From NCBI GenBank assembly GCA_046484865.1, contig JAWOID010000135.1, forward strand, positions 11,512-75,511: 64,000 nucleotides of DNA. The letters are read 5' to 3'. Below are positions 30,212-40,459 of the stretch, piece by piece. Numbering within the stretch: position 1 is the stretch's first letter; the number at the start of each line of letters is the position of its first letter. This DNA is from Candidatus Krumholzibacteriia bacterium. Its GTDB lineage: Bacteria > Krumholzibacteriota > Krumholzibacteriia > LZORAL124-64-63. A program made the position numbers and the translations under genes. Below the pieces are notes generated by a model. It saw only the letters and a program-made list of their open reading frames with translations. It made no database searches and was not told the origin of the DNA.

Positions 30212-33200
30212 CTACTTGACCAGTGCCATGCGCCGGCGCTCGACGAACGAGCCGGCCTCGATCGTGTAGATGTACACGCCCGAGGCGGCCCGGATGCCGG
30301 TGCCGTCCTTGCCGTCCCACACGGCGCTGTGGAAGCCGCCGGGCAGTTCGGCATCGACCAGGGTCCTGATCAGCCGGCCGCGCAGGTCGTAGATACTCAG
30401 CTTGGTGTGCGCGGCCTGCGGCAGGTCGAAGCGGATCTCGGTCACCGGGTTGAACGGGTTGGGGACGTTCTGCCGCAGCGCGAAGGCGGTGGGCAGGCCC
30501 GACTCCCGGATCGCCGTCGCCGAATCGGTGACCTGGAAGGTGGCGTCGCTGGTGTCGTATCCCATGGCGCCCTTGTCGTCGTACAGCATGACTCGAACCA
30601 GGGCTTCCTGGGTGATGCCGACCGGCACGGTCCAGCTGTACGTGGTTCCCGGCACGCCGGTGGCGATCAGCGACCAGCTCGTCCCGCCGTCAGGCGAGTA
30701 GAGCAGGTCCGCGTAGTCGACCCGCCAATCGTCCGGGTTCTCCCACTGGATGTCGTACGGCGAGCCCGCCATCAGCATCTGGCCGCCGTTCGGCGCCACC
30801 ACGCGCGGCCGGATGACCCGGATGGTGTCGCGAGCGGCGAACCACATCGAGTTCGCCACCTCCATGAACACCGTCACGGGCACGTCGTCGCCCTCCGGCA
30901 GGATGCCCTCGATCGCGGCGCGGTCGAACTTGAACATGCAGTCGAGCACGCCGTTGCCGTTGGTGTCCTCGGTCAGCGAGTACACCCGCTGATCGGCGGT
31001 CACCTCGTTCAGGAAGGTGACGGTCGTGATGTCCACGTCCGCCGCCGCCCAGCCCTCGGGCAACTCGCAGTAGGTGACGACGGTCTTGCCGTTGCTGTCG
31101 AGATTCAGGGTGTTGGGGTCGAAGTCGGCCCAGACCGCCTCCATCAGCCCCACGTGCAGCAGCACGGGGATGCTGACCAGCGGCTCGTCCGGGTCGTTGG
31201 TGGCGAGATCCACGCTGCCCGCGTGGTCGCCGTCGTCGAGACCGGCGGCGTTGAAGGTGACCGTCAGTTCCGTGCACTCGCCCGGCGCCACGGTTCCGGT
31301 GGCGGGCTCCACCGTCAGCCAGGCCGGAGCGGAGCTGAACCTGATGGCCATGCTCTCGTGCACGTAGCTCTCGTTGAAGACCACCATCAGACCATCGTCG
31401 CGCTCGGCGTTCTGCAAACCGATCGTGGCGCTGTTGGTGGTGGGCCCGAGTTGGCGGTACTGGTACACGATCTCGCCGCTCGGGTACAGGATCGCCTGGA
31501 AGCTGTAGTAAGGCGGGCTGTACTGGGCGATGCGGCGGAGCTCGAACTGCACGATCAGCCGCGTACCGTCGTTATGGTAGTACACCTCGTTGCCGTTGGT
31601 GGGAGAGTTGACCATGTCGTCCCAGAACACGGCCAGCAGGTTCTCCGGCACGCCGGTACTGGCGCTCGGCAGCGGACCGTTGCTGTACCGCGTCGCAGTG
31701 GAGGTGAAGCTGATGAAGCCGTTGGTGCAGACGCGGAACTCGTCGAAGTCGTTGCCGTAGAACGGGAAGGTGAAGCCGATCGGGAGCGGCCCGTCGTTGC
31801 CGTCATCGACGTACCGTCCGAAGATCGGCGTCCCGACGGCGCTGATGTCCACCCAGTCGTAGACCGGGCCACCCGGCTCGTCGCTGTCGGTCCAGGTGTA
31901 GCCGAAGTTGTCGGGCCCGCCCGTACCCATGATGCCGGGCCTCGTATCCTCCTGCTCCTTCTCGAGGTCGACCGACTCGTACTGCACGACGCCGTCGCCG
32001 AGAGTCTCGGCCGATCCGGCCGTGAACGTCAGATCGCTGTCACCCTCGTTGCACACGCTGATGGTCTTGGTGCGCGTGGCCCCCGGCATCGCTGCCGTCT
32101 CGATCTCGGTCGGGCTGACCGCCACGTCCGGAGGCAGCACGCCCTGGCCGGAGAGCGGGACGATCAACGGCGAGTCGGGATCATTGCTGGTCAACACCAG
32201 GTTCGTCGACCGGTCGCCTTCGGCCGCGGGCGCGAAGGTCACCACGACCTCCGTGCTCTGCATCGGCGGCAGGTCGATCGCCGGCACGTCCACGGTGTAG
32301 TCGGCCAGACCCGGCGCGATGCTGCTGATCGACAGCAGATCGGTGCCCGAGTTGGTGACCGTGAGCGTCTGTTCGGCCGTGAGACCGACGAACAGCGATC
32401 CGAAGTCCATAGCGGCGGGATCCACCGCCACGTCCGGCATGCCCGTGACGCTCAGGAGGGTGGCCACCTCGAGCATCCCGCGCGCGGGATCGTTGCTCAG
32501 CACCTGCACGGCGCCTTCGTAATCGCCGCCGAACATCCCGGTGGCGTCGAAGGTCACCGTGATCGGCAGGCTGCCGCCGGCCGGCACCGAGCCCGTCGCC
32601 GGGTTCGGCGTGATCCACTGCGGGGTCATGCCGATGCGGATGGCCAGGTTGTCGTGCACGTAATCGGCGTTGAAGACGATGTTCAGGCCATCGTCACGCT
32701 CCGCGTTCTGGATGCCGACCGTCGCCTCGTCCAGCCGCGTCCCCTGCATGGAGAGGTACTGGAAGAGGATGGTGCCGGTCGGGAAGAGGACCGCCTGGAA
32801 GGTGTACGGTCCGCCGCTGGTCAGCCGCGGCACGTTGTGGAACTGGATGACCAGCTTGCCGTCCAGGTACTCGTAGTAGACCTGAGAGCCGTTCGCGGGA
32901 TCGACCTTCAGATCGTCCCAGAAGACCGCGAGCAGATTCTCCGGCACCGTGTAGCCGGTGTTGGGCAGCGGCTGGTTGTTGTAACTCGTCCTGGTCGACG
33001 TGAAGCTGATCCAGCCGTTCGAGCACACCCTGAACTCGCTGAACGGCGTGCCGTAGAACGGGAACTCGAACCCGATGGGGTACGGTCCGCGGTTGCCGTC
33101 GTCGGAGTACGAGGTGAAGATCGGCGTGCCCGTGGCGCTGATGTCGATCCAGTTGAACGACGGGCCACCCGCCTCGTCGCTGTCGAGCCAGCGGTAGCCG

Positions 33201-36200
33201 TGGGCGTCCGGACCGCCCGAGCCGAGCACGCCCGGTCGGGTGTCCTGCGCGTCCTTCTCCAGCTCCACGTAATCGCCCTGCGCGACGTGCACCACCGACG
33301 ACAGGACGGTCTGGGTGGTGAAGTCGAGCGAGCTGCCGCCGTTGTTGGTGAGGTTGAAGGTGCGAGTCTCCTGCTGTCCGGTGTAGAGGTCGGCGGACAG
33401 GCTGCCGGCCGAGACGCCCGCCACGGGCGGAATGACGCCGGTGCCCGACAGCGCCACCTGCCGGGCGGGTTCGTCCGGGTCGTTGCAGTTGAAGGTCAGC
33501 ATGCCCGTGCACTGCTGCGCGGAGCATGGCGAGTACCGCACGTCCAGCAGCAGCTGCCCCATCGGCGGCAGGGTCACGGCGCCGTCGAGGTTCACCGTGA
33601 AGTCGCCGTGGTCCGCCGTGCAGGCGGAGATCACCAGATCGTCCGTCCCCATGTTGAAGACGGTGAGCTGACGCAAGTCCGGATATCCCAGCATGACCTC
33701 GCCGAAGTCGATCGAGTCGAGGCTCAGCTGGATGTCCGGCGCGCCGGTGACGTTCAGGACCGCGGCCACGGCGTGCTCGGGCGACACCGGGTCGTTGGTC
33801 GTCAGGTCGATGCTGCCGGTGTAGGTGCCGCCGAAGAGGCCCTCGGCGTTGAACTGGGCGGTCAGCTGCATGCTGCCGCCCGGCGGCACCACGCCCTGCG
33901 CTGGCGTGACCGCCAGCCACTCCGGCGCCGAGGCGAAGCGGACGGCCAGTCCGTCATGGATGTAACTGGTGTTGAAGGCCGCGGTCAGGCCGTCGTCCTT
34001 CGTACCGTTCTGGATGCCGACCGTGGCGCTGGTCAGCTGTCCCTGCATGTTCTCGTACTGGTAGACGATGTTGCCGTTGGGGTAGAGCAGGATCTCGAAG
34101 GTGTATGGACCGCCCGAGGAGTACCGCGGCACGTTGTGGAACTGGATGACCAGCTTGCCGTCCAGGTACTCGTAGTACACCTGCGAGCCGTTCGCGGGGT
34201 CGACCTTCAGATCGTCCCAGAACGGAGCCAGCAGGTTCTCGGGAACCGAGTAGCCGCTGTTGGGCAGCAACTGGTTGGAGTAGCTGGTCGAGCTCGAGGT
34301 GAAGCTCACCCAGCCGTTCGAGCAGACCCTGAACTCGCTGAACGACTCGCCGTAGAACGGGAAGTCGAAGCCGATGGGTCGAGGCCCGGAGTTGGTGTCG
34401 TCGGAGTAGCCCGAGAACACCGGCGTGCCGGTGGCGCTGATGTCCACCCAGGCGTAGGTAGGACCGCCCGGCTCGTCGCTGTCGATCCACTGATAGCCGA
34501 ACACGTCCGGGCCGCCGGCGCCCTGCGTCACCGGTTCGCCGGTGCGCGCGTCCAGCTCGTCCTTGCCGAACTCCACGGACTCGTGGACGGTGACCACCAC
34601 GTCGGTGTTCACGGCCAGCGAGAAGGTGAAGTCGGCCCCGCCGGAGTTCGTGACCGTCAGCAGCTGCGTCTCCGACCCGCCGGTCATGAGGTCGGAAACC
34701 AGCGAAGGCGGCGTGATGTCGAACTGCGGCGGCTCGAGGCCGCTGCCGGCCAGTGCCACCATGATCGTGGGCTCGTCGGGATCGTCGCTGGTGATCGTGA
34801 GCGTCCCGGCGTAGTCCTGCGCCGCCGTCGGTGTGAAGGTGACCGTCACGGCCTCGGTCTGCCGCGGCGCCAGGGCGATCGGCGCCCCGGGCGCGAAGGT
34901 GAAGGCCGCCTCGCTCGAGGTCACGGCCGAGACCGTCACCACGTCGGTGCCCAGGTTCGTCAGCAGCACCTCGGCGGTGGGCGTGGCGCCCAGGAACACG
35001 CCCCCGAACTCCAGGCTCACCGGTGCCACCGACAGGTCCGGCGCGCCGGTGACCTCCAGCGTCACGGGGAGCTGGAAGTCGGGCTCGTCCGGGTCGTTGC
35101 TCAGGATGCGGACGAAGCCCTCGTAGGTGCCACCGAAGAGGCCGGTGGCGTCGAAGGCGACGTCGAGGATCGTGGAACCGCCGCCGTAGACCGTGCCCTC
35201 CTGCGGGGTGACGGTCATCCACTGCGGCACGGCGCGGATGCGCACCGCGAGGCCGTCTTCCACGTAGGCCGTGTTGTAGGCCACCTGCAGTCCGTCGGTG
35301 CCGTCACCGTTCTGGATGCCCACGGTGGCGCTGTTCAGCGGATCGCCCATCGTCTCGTACTGGAAATCGATGGTGCCGTCCGCCCACAGGATCGCCTGGA
35401 AGCTGTAAGGCCCTCCCGCGCTGTAGTGCGCGACGTCATGCCACTGTACCACGACCCGGTCGCCCAGGTCCTCCCAGTACACCGTGCCGCTGACCACCAG
35501 GTCGTCCCAGAAGGGAGCGATCAGGTGCGGCGGCGCGCCCGGGTTCGGCAGGGGCTGGTTCGAGTAGGGACTGGCGCTGCTCGAGAGACTCAGGGAGCCG
35601 TTCGAACTGACCCAGAACTCGTCGAACTCGCCGCCGTAGAAGCTGAACGGGAAGCTCAGCGGGAACGGTCCGGCCGACACGTCGTCGCCGCTGCCGATCG
35701 CCACGCCGCCGCTGCCCGAGATGTCGAGCCAGGCGAAGGTGGGGCCGAACGGATCGTTGCTGTCGGTCCAGCGGTAGCCGAAGCCGTCGGGGCCGCCCGA
35801 ACCCTGCACGACGGGGTCGCCGGTGCGCGGGTCGAGCTGGTCCTTGCCGTACTCCTGGTAGGCCTGGACCGTGGGCGGCATGCCCATCAGCACCGGCAGC
35901 GGGGCCGTCCAGTCCAGCGTACCCTCCCCCGCGTTCATGAGCGTGAGCTGCTGCACCGCGGTGCCGCCGGTCATCAACGCCTCGCTCAGCGACGACGGCG
36001 TCATCGCCACGTCCGGAATGCCGAGCGTGGTGGCCATCGCCAGGTTGGACACCGGTCCGGCGTTGCCGAACTCGTCCATCGCCCGCACGGCGAAGTAGTA
36101 CGTCGTGTTGAAGTCGAGGCCCGCCACGCGCATCCCCTGGGGCGTGCCGAAGGGGTCGGGGCTGGGGGTGTTGGTCGCCCGCTCGGCCGACGAGAAGTTC

Positions 36201-37636
36201 GACTCGTCGATGGCCGAGGTCGACCAGCGCACGTCGTAGCGGCTGGCCTCGCCCTCGTCGCCATCGTCGCCCGGCGCGGTCCAGACGAGATCGGCCCAGT
36301 TCGAGCCGGTCTCCACCGCCGCCAGGTCGGTGACCTGCCCGGGCGGGATGGTGTCGGGATCGGCGATCGGGAAGAAGGCGTTCAGGCGCCCGCCGGTCAG
36401 GATCCTGCCCTCGAGGGCGGTCAGGGGATCCACGAAGTTCAGCAGCAGCGCCTTGGCGTCACCCCCGGTGATCGCCGGGAAACGCCCGAACACCAGACCG
36501 AGCGCACCCGCGACATGCGGCGTGGCCATCGAGGTGCCGCTGAGAGAGCCGTACCGGTTGCCCGGCAGGGTGCTGAGGATGTCCACGCCGGGAGCGGCCA
36601 GGTCCACCGTGGTGGGACCGTAGCAGGAGAAGCTCGCCAGGGCGTCGTTATGATCGGTGGCGGCCACCGACACCACGTTGTCCAGATCGTAGTTGGACGG
36701 GTAGTGCGGGCTGACGTCGTTGTTCGAGCCGCTGTTGCCCGCCGCCGCGACGAAGAGGATGCCGTGATCCTGCGCGTCGGCGATGGCCAGCCGCATGGCG
36801 TCGGAATAGCCGCCGCCCCCCCAGCTGTTGCTGGTCAGGTGGACGCCCATCATCGTGGCGTACTCGATGGCCTCGATGGCGTCGGCGGTGGAACCGGAGC
36901 CGCTGCCGCTGAGGAACTTCAGCGGCATGATCTTGACGTTCCAGTTCACGCCGGCCACGCCGATGCCGTTGTTCCCCACCGCGCCGATGGTGCCCGCGCA
37001 GTGCGAACCGTGGCCGTTGTCATCCATGGGATCGTTGTCATTGTTGATGAAGTCCCAGCCTCGAACGTCGTCGATGAAGCCGTTGCCGTCGTCATCGATG
37101 CCGTTGCCGGGGATCTCGCCCGGGTTCACGTAGATGTTGGCGGCCAGATCCGGATGGTTGTAGTCGACGCCGGTGTCGATGACGCCGATCACCACCTGAT
37201 CGGAACCGGTGAACACGTCCCACGCGTTCTCCGCGAAGATGTGAGCGCCCGCGGTACCGCCGGTCTGACCGGTGTTCCGCATGCCCCAGAGCTGGTCGAA
37301 CATCGGATCGTTCGGGATCTCGATGGCGTGCAGCAGGTAGTTCGGCTCGATGATCGCGACCGCCGGATGGTTCTTGTAGCGGCCGATCGCCTCGTCCACG
37401 CTCAGGCCTTCGATGCTCTCGAGATCGGACTTGATCCGCTTGAAATGCTTCAGCTTGACCGCCCGCAGGTCGGAAAGGACGCGGTCCTTGTCCTGCTGGG
37501 TGGCGGTATCCTTGAACTTGATGATCACCTGCTCCGGCACGTGGGCCTGAGACAACGGGTCAGCCAGGGCCGTCGCTGCCGGGAGCAGCAAGGCTGTCAT
37601 ACAAATCAGTAAAAGAAGTCGATGCGCGTGGGTCAT
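30212..37636 (-). CDS. Large secreted subtilisin (S8) protease with Fn3, four repeated accessory modules, Ig-like domains and a C-terminal FlgD-Ig domain (2474 aa)
   Basis: Catalytic triad VIDTG / HGSHCAG / GTSMATPH. Four GGPDxFGYxWxDS..WxDIS modules. Tail QNVPNPFNPVTEI..WDGKD..SGVY. GGAGG RBS before ATG 37636. Confidence 0.93.
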   Translation of the reverse strand: MTHAHRLLLLICMTALLLPAATALADPLSQAHVPEQVIIKFKDTATQQDKDRVLSDLRAVKLKHFKRIKSDLESIEGLSVDEAIGRYKNHPAVAIIEPNYLLHAIEIPNDPMFDQLWGMRNTGQTGGTAGAHIFAENAWDVFTGSDQVVIGVIDTGVDYNHPDLAANIYVNPGEIPGNGIDDDGNGFIDDVRGWDFINNDNDPMDDNGHGSHCAGTIGAVGNNGIGVAGVNWNVKIMPLKFLSGSGSGSTADAIEAIEYATMMGVHLTSNSWGGGGYSDAMRLAIADAQDHGILFVAAAGNSGSNNDVSPHYPSNYDLDNVVSVAATDHNDALASFSCYGPTTVDLAAPGVDILSTLPGNRYGSLSGTSMATPHVAGALGLVFGRFPAITGGDAKALLLNFVDPLTALEGRILTGGRLNAFFPIADPDTIPPGQVTDLAAVETGSNWADLVWTAPGDDGDEGEASRYDVRWSTSAIDESNFSSAERATNTPSPDPFGTPQGMRVAGLDFNTTYYFAVRAMDEFGNAGPVSNLAMATTLGIPDVAMTPSSLSEALMTGGTAVQQLTLMNAGEGTLDWTAPLPVLMGMPPTVQAYQEYGKDQLDPRTGDPVVQGSGGPDGFGYRWTDSNDPFGPTFAWLDISGSGGVAIGSGDDVSAGPFPLSFPFSFYGGEFDEFWVSSNGSLSLSSSASPYSNQPLPNPGAPPHLIAPFWDDLVVSGTVYWEDLGDRVVVQWHDVAHYSAGGPYSFQAILWADGTIDFQYETMGDPLNSATVGIQNGDGTDGLQVAYNTAYVEDGLAVRIRAVPQWMTVTPQEGTVYGGGSTILDVAFDATGLFGGTYEGFVRILSNDPDEPDFQLPVTLEVTGAPDLSVAPVSLEFGGVFLGATPTAEVLLTNLGTDVVTVSAVTSSEAAFTFAPGAPIALAPRQTEAVTVTFTPTAAQDYAGTLTITSDDPDEPTIMVALAGSGLEPPQFDITPPSLVSDLMTGGSETQLLTVTNSGGADFTFSLAVNTDVVVTVHESVEFGKDELDARTGEPVTQGAGGPDVFGYQWIDSDEPGGPTYAWVDISATGTPVFSGYSDDTNSGPRPIGFDFPFYGESFSEFRVCSNGWVSFTSSSTSYSNQLLPNSGYSVPENLLAPFWDDLKVDPANGSQVYYEYLDGKLVIQFHNVPRYSSGGPYTFEILLYPNGNIVYQYENMQGQLTSATVGIQNGTKDDGLTAAFNTSYIHDGLAVRFASAPEWLAVTPAQGVVPPGGSMQLTAQFNAEGLFGGTYTGSIDLTTNDPVSPEHAVAAVLNVTGAPDIQLSLDSIDFGEVMLGYPDLRQLTVFNMGTDDLVISACTADHGDFTVNLDGAVTLPPMGQLLLDVRYSPCSAQQCTGMLTFNCNDPDEPARQVALSGTGVIPPVAGVSAGSLSADLYTGQQETRTFNLTNNGGSSLDFTTQTVLSSVVHVAQGDYVELEKDAQDTRPGVLGSGGPDAHGYRWLDSDEAGGPSFNWIDISATGTPIFTSYSDDGNRGPYPIGFEFPFYGTPFSEFRVCSNGWISFTSTRTSYNNQPLPNTGYTVPENLLAVFWDDLKVDPANGSQVYYEYLDGKLVIQFHNVPRLTSGGPYTFQAVLFPTGTILFQYLSMQGTRLDEATVGIQNAERDDGLNIVFNADYVHDNLAIRIGMTPQWITPNPATGSVPAGGSLPITVTFDATGMFGGDYEGAVQVLSNDPARGMLEVATLLSVTGMPDVAVDPAAMDFGSLFVGLTAEQTLTVTNSGTDLLSISSIAPGLADYTVDVPAIDLPPMQSTEVVVTFAPAAEGDRSTNLVLTSNDPDSPLIVPLSGQGVLPPDVAVSPTEIETAAMPGATRTKTISVCNEGDSDLTFTAGSAETLGDGVVQYESVDLEKEQEDTRPGIMGTGGPDNFGYTWTDSDEPGGPVYDWVDISAVGTPIFGRYVDDGNDGPLPIGFTFPFYGNDFDEFRVCTNGFISFTSTATRYSNGPLPSASTGVPENLLAVFWDDMVNSPTNGNEVYYHNDGTRLIVQFELRRIAQYSPPYYSFQAILYPSGEIVYQYRQLGPTTNSATIGLQNAERDDGLMVVFNESYVHESMAIRFSSAPAWLTVEPATGTVAPGECTELTVTFNAAGLDDGDHAGSVDLATNDPDEPLVSIPVLLHVGLMEAVWADFDPNTLNLDSNGKTVVTYCELPEGWAAADVDITTVTFLNEVTADQRVYSLTEDTNGNGVLDCMFKFDRAAIEGILPEGDDVPVTVFMEVANSMWFAARDTIRVIRPRVVAPNGGQMLMAGSPYDIQWENPDDWRVDYADLLYSPDGGTSWSLIATGVPGTTYSWTVPVGITQEALVRVMLYDDKGAMGYDTSDATFQVTDSATAIRESGLPTAFALRQNVPNPFNPVTEIRFDLPQAAHTKLSIYDLRGRLIRTLVDAELPGGFHSAVWDGKDGTGIRAASGVYIYTIEAGSFVERRRMALVK

Positions 37637-38030
37637 GGTGTCCACCTCCGAGTGGGGCTGCCGCCGCGGGGCAATGACGCACCGCGACGCGCTACAGGCG
37701 GTCGAGAATAACGGTCCCGATGCAGAAGCAGAGATGCAGAGCAATCGAATGGCGGCCACGCTAGCACAGCGAAAAAACAATAATGACAATTATATTATCT
37801 TAGATAAATGAAATCCCGATTTAATCGTCTGTTGAACAATGACTTCAGTTAAAGGCGGGCTCGGGGGGAGAAGGGCCGGCGAGACGTCTCGCAGGGGGAC
37901 GCACGGCTCACGGATGCCGTTTGGGCCCGCGACGTCGCTCCGGGCGCGCAGGTCACCGCGGTCGCGGCCGGGCGCGATGCGTGGTGACGCCGGCCGGACG
38001 AGCCGGCGCCACCACTCCCCCGACCGAACT

Positions 38031-39368
38031 CTACGATCTGGACGACGGGCCCCGCGGTCGACCGGACCGGCGCCGGCTGCGACCGCCGAATGTCCGCAGG
38101 TCGGCCTCCGCCGTCATGTCCTTGCGGGCGCAGCATGACAGCATGGCCAGGCTCCTCCCTTCCATCGGACTGCTCACGACGCGCCGGTGCCGCTCCAGCT
38201 CGCGCACGAGGTCGCGCCCCCCGGGCAGGTCGCGGCAGTAGTCGCGGAACTCGTCGATGATCCCATCGAGGTAACGGCCCGCCTCCTCGTACTGCCCCTC
38301 GGCGTTGAGCTTCGTGGTCTGCAGCAGGATGCTCTTCTGCCACAGTCGCGCGACGATGGCACAGGTTGCGAGATCCGGCAGCTCGGTGGCCACCTCCTCG
38401 ACCGGCGCGATGGCGAGCGCCACCGGCAGCGGCGTCCCGCTCCGCGTCACGCTCGACCCGGGATCCTGCCACGAGGGCTCGACCACGAGCTGCAACCGGT
38501 CGCCCACCCTGCCGGCCGGCACGGCGAGTTGCAGGACCACCTGACGGCTCGCCCCGGCCACGAGCGTGCCGAGGGACACCGACAGGCGACCGGCACCGGT
38601 ATGCGCGGGATACGGCCCGAGCACCGTCACCGGCAGGTTGTGCGGGTGGACGACGGCGAGCGTCACGTCCTGGGCCACGGTCTTGAAGATCTCGCCCAGC
38701 TCGCCCAGGAGCACCTCGACGAGATCCTGCCCGTCGGCCGCGTCGTGCATGCGCCCGCCGCCCTGGTCGGCGATCGCCTGGAGCTGGGTGGGGCTGTAGT
38801 GGTCGCCCACCCCCACCGTCGTCGTGAACAGGCCGCGCTTGCGCAGCTCGGCGGCATGCAGGCCCAGCTCCTCCGGATCGCACAGGCCCGCATTGGCGTG
38901 GCCGTCGGAGATCAGGATCACGCGGTTCTGCATGCCGGCGGTCCGTTCCATCTGGTCGGCCACGCACTCGCAGCCCCGCAGCCAGCCGGCGGCCAGGTTC
39001 GTGCAGCCGCGCGTCTGCAGCCTCGCGATCTCCGCGCGCACCTTCCGCTTGCCGTCGGCGTCGCCGGCCACGGCGTTCGCGTGGGTGATCACGTCTTCGG
39101 CGAACGAGACGACGGTGATCCGGTCGTCGTCGCGCAGCGCGTCGACGATGCCGCCGGCCGCCTCGCAGGCCGCCTCCAGCGGCTCACCGCTCATGCTGCC
39201 CGACGCGTCGATGACGAGCCCGAGGTTCACGGGCACGCGCTCCTCGCCCTCCTCGCGCGGCACCTGCGGCGCCGCCACCTGCACGAGCAGGTGCCGCTTG
39301 CCGCCCTTCCCGCTCATGAGCCGGCGGTCGAGCTTGGCGCTCCAGGCGAGTTCATGCTTCTTCGTCAT
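38031..39368 (-). CDS. von Willebrand factor A domain protein
   Basis: MIDAS motif VIDASGSM, GCTNL, VILISDGHAN and TTVGVG. Confidence 0.9.
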   Translation of the reverse strand: MTKKHELAWSAKLDRRLMSGKGGKRHLLVQVAAPQVPREEGEERVPVNLGLVIDASGSMSGEPLEAACEAAGGIVDALRDDDRITVVSFAEDVITHANAVAGDADGKRKVRAEIARLQTRGCTNLAAGWLRGCECVADQMERTAGMQNRVILISDGHANAGLCDPEELGLHAAELRKRGLFTTTVGVGDHYSPTQLQAIADQGGGRMHDAADGQDLVEVLLGELGEIFKTVAQDVTLAVVHPHNLPVTVLGPYPAHTGAGRLSVSLGTLVAGASRQVVLQLAVPAGRVGDRLQLVVEPSWQDPGSSVTRSGTPLPVALAIAPVEEVATELPDLATCAIVARLWQKSILLQTTKLNAEGQYEEAGRYLDGIIDEFRDYCRDLPGGRDLVRELERHRRVVSSPMEGRSLAMLSCCARKDMTAEADLRTFGGRSRRRSGRPRGPSSRS

Positions 39369-40222
39369 GGTCGTTCCTCCTCGGCGAGTAGTCTGGTCAG
39401 TGCTCTGGCGACCTCATCCAGTCGCGCACGCCGCCGTTCGTCGTCGGGCATGCGGACCTGGATCTCGATGTCGGGGGTGCGGATCCGCTGCCAGCTCTCA
39501 CCGCGCTCGCCCTTGCGGATCTGCTCGTCCGAAAGCAGATCCACGAGCACGCGTCGCAGGTCGCGGAGGAGGGAAGAGAGGGGTCCGAGGTGCGACGGGG
39601 GCTCGGCCCGGCGCAGTTGCATGGAGGCGCCCAGCGAGATCGCGTCCCGCGAGCCCGGTTCCTCGAGCAGGAGGGGGTTCGGGCCCTCCTGCCTGAGCGG
39701 CGATACCGTGGCCTCGCGATCGTCCCGCCGGTACGGCGCGACGGCATCCCTGACCAGCGCGTCCTCTCCGGCAGGACGCCCGGCGGTCGGCCGGCGATCT
39801 TCTGTCGCGAGTCGATGCTCGCCTGGCCGGCTCCCCTGCCCGCCTGATCGCAGCTGCCCGATCGACCGCAGGTAGTCGGCCGCCGCGTCGAGCGGCAGCG
39901 ACCGGCCGTCGTCGGTGTCGACGATCGTCAGCTGCGCGCCGCCGGACAGCAGGTTCTCTGCTCCCCGCTCGCCCAGCGTGTCGAGCACCTGCCGGATCTC
40001 CGCCAGGCTGAGCGTGCGTCCGGCGGGCTCCACCTTCATCTGTTTCAGCCTGGCGATCATCTGCAACCGTCGCAGCGTCTCCTCGCCGTAGGTGGCGTTC
40101 GGCCCGCGGTCGCCCGCGCCGGGAACCAGGTCTCGCGTGATGTAGAACCGGATCTGGCGCCGGCTGAAGCCGGTGGCGTCGACCAGGTCGGCGAGGGTGT
40201 ACTGGCGCGGTTCCGTTGACAT
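39365..40222 (-). CDS. MerR-type HTH protein with an uncharacterised C-terminal region
   Basis: YTLADLVDATGFSRRQIRFYITRDLVP..Y..LRRLQMIARLK..LSLAEIR. Stop overlaps the vWA start (ATGA). Confidence 0.85.
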   Translation of the reverse strand: MSTEPRQYTLADLVDATGFSRRQIRFYITRDLVPGAGDRGPNATYGEETLRRLQMIARLKQMKVEPAGRTLSLAEIRQVLDTLGERGAENLLSGGAQLTIVDTDDGRSLPLDAAADYLRSIGQLRSGGQGSRPGEHRLATEDRRPTAGRPAGEDALVRDAVAPYRRDDREATVSPLRQEGPNPLLLEEPGSRDAISLGASMQLRRAEPPSHLGPLSSLLRDLRRVLVDLLSDEQIRKGERGESWQRIRTPDIEIQVRMPDDERRRARLDEVARALTRLLAEEERP

Positions 40223-40254
40223 TCTTCTGCCCGTCCTTTCGCGGCTCAGGGGTA

Positions 40255-40283
40255 TTTATACACTGGCCACTGTCGTGTGTCAA
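40255..40283 (-). promoter_or_regulatory. Sigma-70 promoter with a dyad in the spacer
   Basis: TTGACA (40283-40278), 17-nt spacer, TATAAA (40260-40255). Near-palindrome ACACTGGCCACTGT at 40260-40273. Confidence 0.7.
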
Positions 40284-40459
40284 GTAGAAAAGATTCGTTT
40301 TCGTGGGGAAAATCTGCGGGGCCCCTGTCGCCGGCGACGAGCCCGAGGATCGAACCCCTCGGAATTCCTCGTCAAGGCCGGCGCATCCGGTCCGAAGAGA
40401 CTCCCGTGAGAACGAGCCCGGCGGCATTCCCGCCGCCGCGACAGCAAAGGGAGTTGCGC

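Noticed and set aside
30050..37612. 2520-aa + strand ORF
   Set aside because: Antisense shadow of the subtilase, which carries the full catalytic triad on the - strand.
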